64,000 nucleotides of DNA from Nostoc sp. DedSLP01 (GCA_034530875.2 JAVRCJ020000018.1:64001-128000), one strand, 5' to 3'; shown: positions 29,072-38,642, counted from the stretch's first letter. Notes: generated from the letters alone by a model not told the origin. Translations and numbers: made by a program.

Positions 29072-29230
29072 AGAGGGCAGGGGGCAGGAGGCAGGGGGCG
29101 AAAAAATGAGGTTGGATGCAGGAATTGAGTAGTTTAATTGTTGGATGTACCGAAACCTGATTTAGGCATTCACTCTTTCTTAAGCACTACTTCAATTTCA
29201 AGAGCGTTAGATCTGCACTCTTTAGTTTAT

Positions 29231-29265
29231 GCGAGCAAAAGTTATATCGTTGGGCATATACTCAA
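29231..29265. promoter_or_regulatory. Candidate autoregulatory SorC-family operator
   Basis: GCGAGCAAAAGTTATA and TTGGGCATATACTCAA, 19 bp apart, upstream of the regulator. Confidence 0.5.
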
Positions 29266-29314
29266 AATTATCTAATTATTCTTTTGGTAGGTACATAGTT
29301 TTGGAAGGTGGGAT

Positions 29315-30307
29315 ATGGGAGAGCCTTTGTTAGAGGGGCGCGATGCCAATAAAGGTGGCTTGCCCCTTAGATCCCGCAAATTAGATCTAGCTGCTCATGC
29401 TGCTTGGCTCTATTACATTGCTGGTAATACGCAAGAAGAAATTGCAGCAAAACTCAATGTATCCCGGCAAGCTGCACAACGCTTGGTGGCGCTGGCGGTG
29501 AGTGAAAAATTGATCAAATTTCGCCTCGATTATCCGCTGAGTGAATGTATTGGTCTAGCTGAGTCGCTGCGCGATAAGTTTGGGCTGTCGCTTTGTGAAG
29601 TGGTTCCAACTGACGCAGGTAATGGCGATACACTCAATGGAATTAGTGTGTGTGCTGCGACCCACTTAGAAACTTACCTGATGGCGAAAACCCCGACCAT
29701 ACTAGCGTTGTCTTCAGGTCGCACATTGCGGGCAATGGTGGAGCAAATTCCCTCAATGAACCAACCCCAGCATAAAATTGTTTCCATTATTGGGAATATG
29801 TCTCACTATGGGCGTGCAGGTCGCCACGAAGTAGTGATGCATTTGTCCGATCGCGTGGGTTCCCAAGCTTACCCAGTGCCGACTCCGGTTGTCGCCACTA
29901 GCGTTGAAGAACGAGAATTATTGCAGACTCAGCGATCGTTTATGACCGTTAAAACTCTTGCAGAACAAGCCAAAGCAACATTTGTTGGTATTAGCGAGAT
30001 TGCCTGGAATGCGCCCTTACATCAAAACGGCTTTATCAATGATGATGAAGTAGCTGAATTAATTGAACTGGGGGCAGTAGGAGAAATCGCGGGTTGGGCT
30101 TACGATCGCTACGGAGTATTGCTGCAACAAGGAACGAATACCCGGGTTGCTAGCGTACCACTCGAACAACCGGCTTCTCGGTTGATTGTTGGTGTAGCAG
30201 GCGGCGTGAAAAAGACAGAAGCGATTCTAGCTGCTTTACGCGGTCAGTTAATTACAGGATTGATTACCGATGAAGCCGCCGCCCAAGCGATTCTGATTAA
30301 AATTTAG
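29315..30307 (+). CDS. SorC/DeoR-type sugar-binding transcriptional regulator (SmoC-like)
   Basis: AWLYY..G.TQEEIA..L.VSR HTH; C-terminal VAGG..K..AILAALRG..I.GLITDE..A. Confidence 0.92.
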   Translation: MGEPLLEGRDANKGGLPLRSRKLDLAAHAAWLYYIAGNTQEEIAAKLNVSRQAAQRLVALAVSEKLIKFRLDYPLSECIGLAESLRDKFGLSLCEVVPTDAGNGDTLNGISVCAATHLETYLMAKTPTILALSSGRTLRAMVEQIPSMNQPQHKIVSIIGNMSHYGRAGRHEVVMHLSDRVGSQAYPVPTPVVATSVEERELLQTQRSFMTVKTLAEQAKATFVGISEIAWNAPLHQNGFINDDEVAELIELGAVGEIAGWAYDRYGVLLQQGTNTRVASVPLEQPASRLIVGVAGGVKKTEAILAALRGQLITGLITDEAAAQAILIKI

Positions 30308-30311
30308 ACAC

Positions 30312-30614
30312 TCAAAAGCGATCGCGTCCAATATGAACTTGCCACTCTACGACTCTAGCAGAATCGGATAGCATACCATCTCGCACCCGAGGACTACTGT
30401 TGACAATAGCTTGAGCCTCTTCCAGATTCTCTGCCTGAATAACCCAAAGCCCAGTTCCATCATGGGGAAAAAACGGCCCGCAGCACAGTAGCGTTCCTTT
30501 TTCGTACTGCTCGTTAAACCAAGCAAGTTGATTTTGGTCATGCTCTGGGTGAGCCTTTTTATAGTCATAATATTCTTCAACAGTCGCAACCACAACGGCA
30601 AAAAGCTTAGACAT
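30312..30614 (-). CDS. YciI family protein
   Basis: H...L......G.LL..GP...G.GLWVIQAE.LEEA..I...P pattern. Confidence 0.75.
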   Translation of the reverse strand: MSKLFAVVVATVEEYYDYKKAHPEHDQNQLAWFNEQYEKGTLLCCGPFFPHDGTGLWVIQAENLEEAQAIVNSSPRVRDGMLSDSARVVEWQVHIGRDRF

Positions 30615-30713
30615 AATATTTTTGTTAGCTGTTAACGATTTGAGATGAGACCCCCACCAAATCTACGATTTGGTGCAAAACAATCAGTCGCGGGTCTGAA
30701 TAAGAGACTTTCT

Positions 30714-30775
30714 TGTTCTGACTCCTGTTAGCGTAGCGGGGCGTAGCCCATTCTGAATTCTGAATTCTTCTTCAA
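30714..30775. repeat. 62-bp dispersed repeat, copy 2
   Basis: Matches 16673-16734; overlaps the symporter stop codon. Confidence 0.8.
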
Positions 30776-31695
30776 GAATTTTTACGCCAAATTGAAGCTA
30801 TCAGCGAACCTGTAAGATTGTGACAAACGCTGAATATTGCTCCTGGTAACGCTGCTAGTGGTTCAAAATGGGCGATCGCTAATGCTACAGCTAAACCAGA
30901 ATTTTGCATTCCCACTTCTATGGAAATTGTACGGCAAATAGGTGTTGATTGACCTGTAATAACTGCGCCGATATAACCCAAGATTAAACCCAAAACATTA
31001 TGTAAAATTACCGCTACGATTACTATTGGCGCTATCAATAATTTATCGCTATTTAAGCCCACAACTGTAGCAATAATCCAAACAATTGCGAACATAGAAA
31101 CTAGGGGTAATACTCCTTCTATTAAGAATTTACTAGGAGTCCAAAAGCGCCGAATTACAATTCCTATTAATACAGGTAATAGTACAAATTGGACTGTAGT
31201 CATAATTAAAGATAACGGTTTTATTTCAACCCAATTTGATCTGAGTAACCAAATCCAAGCAGGGGTCATAATTGGGCTGATGAGTGTAGAAGCAGTAGTT
31301 AAAGCTACAGATAGAGCTACATCGCCACGAGCCAAAAAAGTAACTACTTCAGAAGCTGTTCCTCCAGGACTGGCACCAACAAGAATCACGCCCAATGCCA
31401 ACATCGGTGGTAATTTGAAAACTGTTGCAGCTAACCATCCTAACAGTGGCATGATAGTAAACTGGAGCAACACTCCCAAGATTAAGGCTTTCCCAGCATT
31501 TCGTAAGCTTTTTAATTGCTCGATAGTGATTGTTAAACCCATTCCTAACATCACTATTCCCAGTGCTGTTGCAATATTACTACTACCACTTGCGGCAATT
31601 TTTGGGAACAAATAACCAGCTATTGCACCAATTAATACCCAAACAAAAAATAAATCTTGACTGAACTTGATGAGACGATTAATTTGGTAAGACAT
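30772..31695 (-). CDS. Bile acid:sodium symporter (BASS) family transporter
   Basis: MLGMGL, QFTIMP, SPGGTAS, TISIEVGMQNSGLA. Confidence 0.92.
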   Translation of the reverse strand: MSYQINRLIKFSQDLFFVWVLIGAIAGYLFPKIAASGSSNIATALGIVMLGMGLTITIEQLKSLRNAGKALILGVLLQFTIMPLLGWLAATVFKLPPMLALGVILVGASPGGTASEVVTFLARGDVALSVALTTASTLISPIMTPAWIWLLRSNWVEIKPLSLIMTTVQFVLLPVLIGIVIRRFWTPSKFLIEGVLPLVSMFAIVWIIATVVGLNSDKLLIAPIVIVAVILHNVLGLILGYIGAVITGQSTPICRTISIEVGMQNSGLAVALAIAHFEPLAALPGAIFSVCHNLTGSLIASIWRKNS

Positions 31696-31771
31696 TTACT
31701 GTATCTGGATGTGTCATAACTTTTGCAGACTTGGGAATTATCTGAACCCTGACTAGCAAATGCTCTACTGC

Positions 31772-31900
31772 GTGACGTACTCCACACACTCACCCGAAGG
31801 GGAGTGTGGACTTCTCAACGACTCCTCTATGAGGACATTGATTGAGCTTTAAGACCGTGCGCCCCACGGTTCTTTATGTTTATAGCTGCGTTCAAATCCC
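31772..31900 (-). ncRNA. Putative TnpB omega/reRNA scaffold (5' limit approximate)
   Basis: Right-end hairpin TCCACACTCCCCTTCGGGTGAGTGTGTGGA just after the tnpB stop; placement inferred from known TnpB biology. Confidence 0.5.
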
Positions 31901-32999
31901 TGCAAATACTTGTATGGCAAACAGGGCAATTATGTATTCTCTGGGATAGCGGCTTTTTAACTTTGTGACCACAGCTAGAACACTCTTGGCTTGTGCTATT
32001 TGGATTTACAGCTATTACCTTCAGACCAGCGTTTTCGGCTTTGTTTGAAAGTATAGTTACAAACTGTCCCCATCCGGCATCATTAATACTTTTAGCCAAT
32101 CTTGTTTTAACTAGTCCTTTGATATTTAACTTTTCCACAGCTATAACATCATACTTGTCAAGTAATAGTTTCGCTGTTTTAAAGTGAAAATCTTTACGAG
32201 TATCAGCAACTTTTTTATGCTGTTTACCCAGTTTTTGAATAGCTTTTTTACGACGAATAGAACCTTTTTTGCGTCTTGATATCTTACGCTGTGCTGACTT
32301 TAATTTACGTTCAGCTTTGCGTAGATGCTTTGGTGCGGTAATCCTAGAACCCTCAGAAGCCACATAAAAATCAATTAAACCGACATCAATGCCAACAATA
32401 TTATCAGGGTTGAAATCAGGCTTAATAGTTGGAACCGTTTTATCATCAAGACTGAGAGTCACATAGTAACCATCAGCTTTTTTAGTAATAGACACTGTTT
32501 TAATATCAAATCCATCTGGTATTGGTCGATGGACAATTACCTTGACTTCCCCAATCTTGGACAGCGTAATTTTGTTATTAACAAAATGGTGACGCTTAAA
32601 TTGGGTATAAGTGAAAGTTTTATATTGCCCTTTACCCTTAAATCTAGGTTTACCAGATTTTTTCCCGTTAACGTCACCCTTTAACCATCTATCAAAAGCT
32701 AGTTCAACTTTTTTAGGGACTTCCTGTAATACTTGAGAGTGAATCTCTTTGTACCAAGGTCTATCAACTTTCAGTTGAACCAAAGACGCTTTTTGATTGT
32801 AGTAGTTAGGTTGTTCCTTTAAATCTGGCAGATGACAAATTAACGGACATCTATCAATAGGACAACGATTTTGCTCATACCAATCAAATCTTTGAGCAAG
32901 TAAATAGTTATACTGGCAACGTAACATTTCCAGCGTTTTATCTATCTTTTCTGCTTGCTCTTTAGTTGGTTTGATTTTGTATTGGTATGACGTTTTCAT
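31827..32999 (-). CDS. tnpB: RNA-guided endonuclease TnpB
   Basis: N-terminal YKIKPTKEQ; RuvC residues GIDVG, AVEKL, RDLNAAINI all intact; Zn ribbon CSSC...CPVC. Confidence 0.95.
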   Translation of the reverse strand: MKTSYQYKIKPTKEQAEKIDKTLEMLRCQYNYLLAQRFDWYEQNRCPIDRCPLICHLPDLKEQPNYYNQKASLVQLKVDRPWYKEIHSQVLQEVPKKVELAFDRWLKGDVNGKKSGKPRFKGKGQYKTFTYTQFKRHHFVNNKITLSKIGEVKVIVHRPIPDGFDIKTVSITKKADGYYVTLSLDDKTVPTIKPDFNPDNIVGIDVGLIDFYVASEGSRITAPKHLRKAERKLKSAQRKISRRKKGSIRRKKAIQKLGKQHKKVADTRKDFHFKTAKLLLDKYDVIAVEKLNIKGLVKTRLAKSINDAGWGQFVTILSNKAENAGLKVIAVNPNSTSQECSSCGHKVKKPLSQRIHNCPVCHTSICRDLNAAINIKNRGAHGLKAQSMSS

Positions 33000-33063
33000 A
33001 ACCGACGAGTGTTTTTCGACCTACAAACAGGATAATATAAAGTGTATCCATTGTGTAACCAAA

Positions 33064-33237
33064 ATGAAAAATAAACAATTGCGGTTAAGAATGTCTGATC
33101 GCAGATTTAACAAACTCAAAGAATATGCAGAATATGCAGATAAAACAATGACTCAGGTGATAGATGAACTCATTGACACGTTGCCAAACATAAAAGATGC
33201 TGACTCCTCATCGACCCACTGCCCTGTCAAGGAATAG
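33064..33237 (+). CDS. Small ribbon-helix-helix/CopG-like protein divergent from tnpB
   Basis: MKNKQLRLRMSDRRFNKLKEYAEYADKTMTQVIDELIDTL beta-alpha-alpha pattern. Confidence 0.7.
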   Translation: MKNKQLRLRMSDRRFNKLKEYAEYADKTMTQVIDELIDTLPNIKDADSSSTHCPVKE

Positions 33238-33476
33238 CGGATTGAATTGGTTGTAGGTCATAAGTTTATGCTTTCAACAGTCTTTGCCTTCAGTCTGGGT
33301 TAGAAAATACTATCTGTAGATAGATTAAATGAATTTATTTCGTGGTACATAATCCTGATGGCGGTTTTATTCGTATTTCACCCTCTGCGCTTCTTGACAA
33401 TGGCTCCGGCTAAAAGAACGGTAGTTCTGGGTCAACCAATTGCCATCACCTTGATTCGGGATCGATCGCACTGACC

Positions 33477-36400
33477 GTGATAAACTCTAATATTTCTGAA
33501 AATATTTTTGTTGGCGACAGCGAGATGGCGGGACTCATGCGATCGCTCGACTGGTCGCAAACACCCTTGGGGGCGGTATCTGGGTGGGCACAGAGCTTGA
33601 AAACTTCAATAAGCATCTTGATGAGTTCTCGCTACCCCATGTTTGTTTGGTGGGGGCGCGAGTATGCGAACCTTTATAATGATGCGTATCGTCCTATACT
33701 TGGTGCTAGCAAGCATCCTCAATTTTTGGGAAAGTCTGCCAAAGACTGTTGGGCAGATGTCTGGGATGTGGTGGGGCCCCTGGCTGATAGCGTTTTGGAC
33801 ACAGGGCAATCCACCTGGTCTGAGAATTTGTTGTTGATTATGGATCGCTATGGCTATGCGGAGGAAGCCTACTTCACTTTTTCCTATAGCCCCGTGCGTG
33901 ATGAAAGTGGCGGAGTTGGCGGTATCTTCTGTGCAGTCATTGAAACTACAAAGCAGGTTATCGGAGAACGTCGGCTGCGAACTTTGCGTGAATTGAGCGC
34001 CAGCACTGTAGAAGCCAAGGCAGTTGAGGAAGCTTGCCATTTTGCTATGGCTGCGCTGTCTGCCAATGCTGAGGATATTCCCTTTGCCTTGTTATACCTG
34101 ATAGAAGCAAATGGCAGCGAGGCGCGTTTAGTTTCCACAACCACCAGCATTGAACCGGGAACCATCGCCAGTCCTCAGCAAATGGATTTGACTGATACAA
34201 GGGATTTGTGGAATTTATCGCGGGTAAATCAGACCAAGGAAACAGAGTTAGTTGAAGATTTAACGGTGCGTTTTGGTACGTTACCTGGAGGTGCTTGGCC
34301 GGAACCGTCTAATACTGCCTTGGTCATACCGCTTACCAAATCCGGACAAACACAGCAGTTAGCTGGATTATTAGTAGTTGGCATTAGTCCTCGACGGGCG
34401 TTAGATGACGAGTACCAGGGATTCTTCGATTTAATTGGTACTCATGTGACTACGGCGATCGCCAATGCCGAAGCATACGCAGCAGAACGCAGACGTGCCG
34501 AAGCTTTAGCAGAACTAGACCAAGCAAAAACTCTGTTTTTCAGTAATATCAGCCACGAGTTTCGCACTCCATTAACGCTGATGCTCAATCCCTTGGAAGA
34601 TATATTAGCCAACCCTTCAGGCCCCATACCAAGCGATCGCGAACAGTTAGAAATTGTCTACCGCAACTCAAAGCGTTTGCTGAAACTGGTTAATAGCTTG
34701 CTTGACTTCTCCCGCATCGAAGCTGGGCGGGTTGAGGCAGTTTACGAGCCAACCGATTTGGCAATGTTTACCGCGGATCTTGCTGGGATATTTCGTTCGG
34801 CAATTGAACGCGCGGGACTTTCTTTGCAAGTGGACTGCCCCTCATTGCCCGAACTCGTTTATGTAGATCGGCAGATGTGGGAAAAGATTGTTTTGAACTT
34901 ACTTTCCAATGCCTTCAAGTTTACCTTTGAAGGAGAGATTACAGTTTCTTTGAGTTGGCAAGACTGTCAAATTGCAAGAGGAACTGCCAATGAGATAACC
35001 CCAGATCGTTCTCCCGCCTCATCGCCCCAAGTCATTCTGCAAGTACGAGACACAGGAACGGGCATTCCCAGCGAAGATTTACCTTTAATATTTAATCGCT
35101 TCCATCGAGTCAAGGGGGCAAAAGGACGAAGTTATGAGGGTTCAGGCATTGGTTTGTCATTAGTGCAAGAACTAGTGCGCCTGCATGAAGGGACGATTGA
35201 GGTAAGTAGCGTTATCGACCGAGGAACTTGCTTTACTGTGTCAATTCCCGCAGGGTATGACCATTTACCTAGCGATCGCATTCAGGGAACCCGCACGCTG
35301 ACATCGACGGCAATGGGAGCAACATACTATGTTGAGGAGGTGTTGCAGTGGTTACCAAACTCGTTAGGGACAGATGTTTATTCCTTAGGGCAGGCAGAGG
35401 AGCAGGGGAGCAGGGGAGCAGAGGAGAAATCCTCTTTTGTGGCTAGTTCTGCCAGGATTCTGTTAGCTGACGACAACGCTGATATGCGAGCTTATGTGAA
35501 ACGTCTATTGAGCCAGCAGTATGAAGTGGAAACCGTGACAGATGGCGTTGCGGCTTTAGCTGCCATTCGCAGGCAACTTCCCGATCTGGTGCTGACTGAT
35601 GTGATGATGCCAGAACTGGACGGTTTTGGTTTATTGCAGGAGTTGCGGGCTAATCCGCAGACCAAAGACTTACCTATTATTCTGCTCTCTGCCCGTGCTG
35701 GGGAAGAATCTCGCATCGAAGGATTAGCAGCGGGAGCAGACGATTATTTGACTAAGCCCTTCTCTGCCCGCGAACTACTGGCGCGGGTGGAAGCAACCTT
35801 GAAGCTGGCACAAGTGCGGCGAGAAGCGACTCAGCAAGAGCAGAGACTGCGACTAGAAGCAGAAACCGCCAGAGAAGCGATCGAAAACATTTTATCCAGC
35901 ATCAGCGACGGTTTTTTTACCCTCGATCGCGACTGGCGTTATACTTACGCCAACGATAGATTATGTGAAATGGCTGGGAAGCAGCGAGAAGAACTGCTGG
36001 GTTACAACATTTGGGAGTTATTTCCGGACGCAGTTGGAACAGACGTTTACGTTCAATTTCATCGAGCGATGCACGAACAAACGTCTCTCCAATTTGAGTA
36101 TCTTTATTGGCCCTGGAATCGCTGGTTTGAGTACCGGGTTTATCCTTCGCCTAATGGACTGACGATTTTTGTAGTTGAAGTAACCGATCGCAAACGCGCT
36201 GATGCCGAGCGAGAGCAATTGTTGCAAACCTTGCTCGACGAACGCGCCCGGTTTGAAGCCGTCTTGCGCCAAATGCCTGAAGGAGTAATCATCGCTGACG
36301 CTGCTTCCAAAAAGCTGATTCTGGCAAATGAGCGAACGAACCAAATACTTCAGCACTCTTTCGACTTGCATATCGAGCTGCAAGAATACGAGGAATTAGT

Positions 36401-38612
36401 TCCCTTCCATGCTTACCGCCCTGACGGCCAAATTTACGCACCCGATGATTATCCCTTGATGCGATCGCTTTTGACAGGTGAAGTAGTTAGCCACGAAGAG
36501 ATAGAAATCCGTTATCGAGACGGCAGCCAAATTGTAATTGATGCCAGTTCCTCACCCATTTGCGATCGCCAAGGACAGATTACCTCAGCCGTTGTGTTAA
36601 TGCACGATATTACCGATGCCTATCGGCAAGCTACGCAACGCAAACAAGCTGAAATTGCTCTACGGCAAAGCGAAGATAAGTTCCGCAGGCTTGCCAATGC
36701 CATGCCTCAGATTGTTTGGACAGCCAATGCCAATGGAGAAGTCGATTATGTTAGCCAGCAGTGGTTTGACTATGCGGGGCTGACACTGGAGCAGACCCAA
36801 GATCCACTACAATATGTGCAAGTCATCCACCCTGACGATGTGTCGCAGCTTTACGAGCGATGGTCAGAGGCGATAACATCTGGTTCCCTGTATCAAACAG
36901 AAGTTCGCATTCAACGGGCATCCGATGGTAACTATCGCTGGTTCTTAACTCGGGCTGTGCCTATTAAAACCGAGGAAGGCGAAATCGTCGCTTGGTATGG
37001 CACCTCTACAGACATTGACGATCGCAAACAAGCTGAGGTGGAACGAGAACAATTTTTGGCAAGAGAGCAGTCAGCCAAGGAAACGCTACAAAAGTTCATC
37101 GAACATACTCCAGTTGCCGTAGTCATGCTGGATCGAGAAATGCGTTATCTGTTTGCCAGCCATCAGTGGATGCGTGAATATGCTTCAGGTTACACAGACT
37201 TGAAAGGTTTATCGCATTACGAAGTCTTGACTGACACTCCCGAACGCTGGCGACAGGCTCACCAACGATGTCTCGCAGGAGCAACCGAGCGATGTGAAGA
37301 AGATTATTACCCGCGTTATGATGGCTCAGTCCAGTGGTTATATTGGGAAATTCTGCCTTGGTATGCCAGTTGTGGTGAGATTGGTGGCATTATCATCTTT
37401 GCAGAGAACATTACCGAGCGCAAGCAAGCAGCGCAAGAACGCCAAAAGTTGTTAGAGCGCGAACAAGCGGCGCGGGAAGCTGCTGAAGCTGCCAATCGCA
37501 TTAAAGATGAATTTTTGGCGGTGTTATCCCACGAATTGCGATCGCCCCTGAACCCGATTTTGGGTTGGTCAAAGCTCCTACAAAGCGGCAAACTCGATGC
37601 CGTGAAAACAAAACAAGCTCTGGCAACAATTGAGCGCAATGCTAAACTGCAATCCGAACTAATCGAAGATTTACTCGATGTCTCTCGAATTCTCCGGGGC
37701 AAGCTGAGTCTGACAGTCAGCACTATTAATTTAGTATCAACAGTTCAAGCAGCACTGGAAACAGTGCGACTAGCGGCAGAAGCCAAGTCAATTGAGATTA
37801 AAGCAAAGCTAAATCCTGAATTAGGGCTGGTTTTAGGTGACTCAACCCGCTTGCAGCAAGTAGTGTGGAATCTGCTTTCCAATGCTGTTAAATTTACACC
37901 CGATGGCGGACGGGTCGAGGTGCAATTAGAACAGATTGACTCTTTGGCTCAAATTACAGTCACCGATACGGGAATTGGCATTACTCCTGATTTTCTACCA
38001 TTCGTATTTGAGTATTTCCGTCAGGCAGATGGTACAACCACCCGCAAGTTTGGCGGACTGGGGTTAGGTTTGGCCATCGTGCGGCATCTCGTTGAACTGC
38101 ATGGTGGAACAGTGAAAGCGGATAGTCCTGGAGTCGGTTTAGGAGCTACTTTCACCGTGAGACTGCCCTTGATACCGAATCAGCCAAGAGTCGATGGAAA
38201 TTTTCAATTATCACAAGCATCTGTTGATTTGAACGGCATTCAAGTCTTAGTGGTCGATGATGATACTGATACGCGAGAGTTTGTGACTTTTGTATTGGAA
38301 CAAGCCAGAGCAAAAGTCATTGCAGTTGCTTGTGCTAGCGAAGCAATTTCAGCCCTCACACAATCCCACTTCGATGTTTTAATCAGCGACATTGGTATGC
38401 CACAGATGGATGGTTACATGCTAATGCAACACATCGAAGCATTGCCAGCAGAACAACGAAGACAGATAAAAGCGATCGCTTTGACTGCCTATGCCGGAGA
38501 CTTCAACCAACAAAAAGCCTTGCAAGCAGGATTTCAACGCCACATTACCAAACCAATCGAACCCGAACATTTGCTAAAAGAAATTGTTCGGGTGTTAAGT
38601 ATGCAGACTTAA
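33477..38612 (+). CDS. Double hybrid sensor kinase (PAS-GAF-HK-REC-PASx4-HK-REC)
   Basis: Two H-boxes (SHEFRTP, SHELRSP), two HATPase G-boxes, two receivers (LTDVMMP, ISDIGMP), several PAS/PAC units. Confidence 0.93.
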   Translation: MINSNISENIFVGDSEMAGLMRSLDWSQTPLGAVSGWAQSLKTSISILMSSRYPMFVWWGREYANLYNDAYRPILGASKHPQFLGKSAKDCWADVWDVVGPLADSVLDTGQSTWSENLLLIMDRYGYAEEAYFTFSYSPVRDESGGVGGIFCAVIETTKQVIGERRLRTLRELSASTVEAKAVEEACHFAMAALSANAEDIPFALLYLIEANGSEARLVSTTTSIEPGTIASPQQMDLTDTRDLWNLSRVNQTKETELVEDLTVRFGTLPGGAWPEPSNTALVIPLTKSGQTQQLAGLLVVGISPRRALDDEYQGFFDLIGTHVTTAIANAEAYAAERRRAEALAELDQAKTLFFSNISHEFRTPLTLMLNPLEDILANPSGPIPSDREQLEIVYRNSKRLLKLVNSLLDFSRIEAGRVEAVYEPTDLAMFTADLAGIFRSAIERAGLSLQVDCPSLPELVYVDRQMWEKIVLNLLSNAFKFTFEGEITVSLSWQDCQIARGTANEITPDRSPASSPQVILQVRDTGTGIPSEDLPLIFNRFHRVKGAKGRSYEGSGIGLSLVQELVRLHEGTIEVSSVIDRGTCFTVSIPAGYDHLPSDRIQGTRTLTSTAMGATYYVEEVLQWLPNSLGTDVYSLGQAEEQGSRGAEEKSSFVASSARILLADDNADMRAYVKRLLSQQYEVETVTDGVAALAAIRRQLPDLVLTDVMMPELDGFGLLQELRANPQTKDLPIILLSARAGEESRIEGLAAGADDYLTKPFSARELLARVEATLKLAQVRREATQQEQRLRLEAETAREAIENILSSISDGFFTLDRDWRYTYANDRLCEMAGKQREELLGYNIWELFPDAVGTDVYVQFHRAMHEQTSLQFEYLYWPWNRWFEYRVYPSPNGLTIFVVEVTDRKRADAEREQLLQTLLDERARFEAVLRQMPEGVIIADAASKKLILANERTNQILQHSFDLHIELQEYEELVPFHAYRPDGQIYAPDDYPLMRSLLTGEVVSHEEIEIRYRDGSQIVIDASSSPICDRQGQITSAVVLMHDITDAYRQATQRKQAEIALRQSEDKFRRLANAMPQIVWTANANGEVDYVSQQWFDYAGLTLEQTQDPLQYVQVIHPDDVSQLYERWSEAITSGSLYQTEVRIQRASDGNYRWFLTRAVPIKTEEGEIVAWYGTSTDIDDRKQAEVEREQFLAREQSAKETLQKFIEHTPVAVVMLDREMRYLFASHQWMREYASGYTDLKGLSHYEVLTDTPERWRQAHQRCLAGATERCEEDYYPRYDGSVQWLYWEILPWYASCGEIGGIIIFAENITERKQAAQERQKLLEREQAAREAAEAANRIKDEFLAVLSHELRSPLNPILGWSKLLQSGKLDAVKTKQALATIERNAKLQSELIEDLLDVSRILRGKLSLTVSTINLVSTVQAALETVRLAAEAKSIEIKAKLNPELGLVLGDSTRLQQVVWNLLSNAVKFTPDGGRVEVQLEQIDSLAQITVTDTGIGITPDFLPFVFEYFRQADGTTTRKFGGLGLGLAIVRHLVELHGGTVKADSPGVGLGATFTVRLPLIPNQPRVDGNFQLSQASVDLNGIQVLVVDDDTDTREFVTFVLEQARAKVIAVACASEAISALTQSHFDVLISDIGMPQMDGYMLMQHIEALPAEQRRQIKAIALTAYAGDFNQQKALQAGFQRHITKPIEPEHLLKEIVRVLSMQT
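36618..36638. repeat. 21-nt SDR5-like element inserted in frame in a HIP1-like site
   Basis: CCGAT^CGC is split by GCCTATCGGCAAGCTACGCAA, turning DITDRK into DITD-AYRQATQ-RK. Confidence 0.75.
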
Positions 38613-38642
38613 CGAAGGCAGGAGGCAGGGCAATACGGTTCG

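Larger units (their letters stand above)
31772..33225 (-). mobile_element. IS200/IS605-family (IS1341-like) TnpB-only element
   Basis: tnpB followed by a subterminal hairpin ending ...GTACGTCAC at 31772; candidate left boundary directly after TTGAC (33230-33226, minus strand); no tnpA; no HIP1 inside. Confidence 0.7.
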
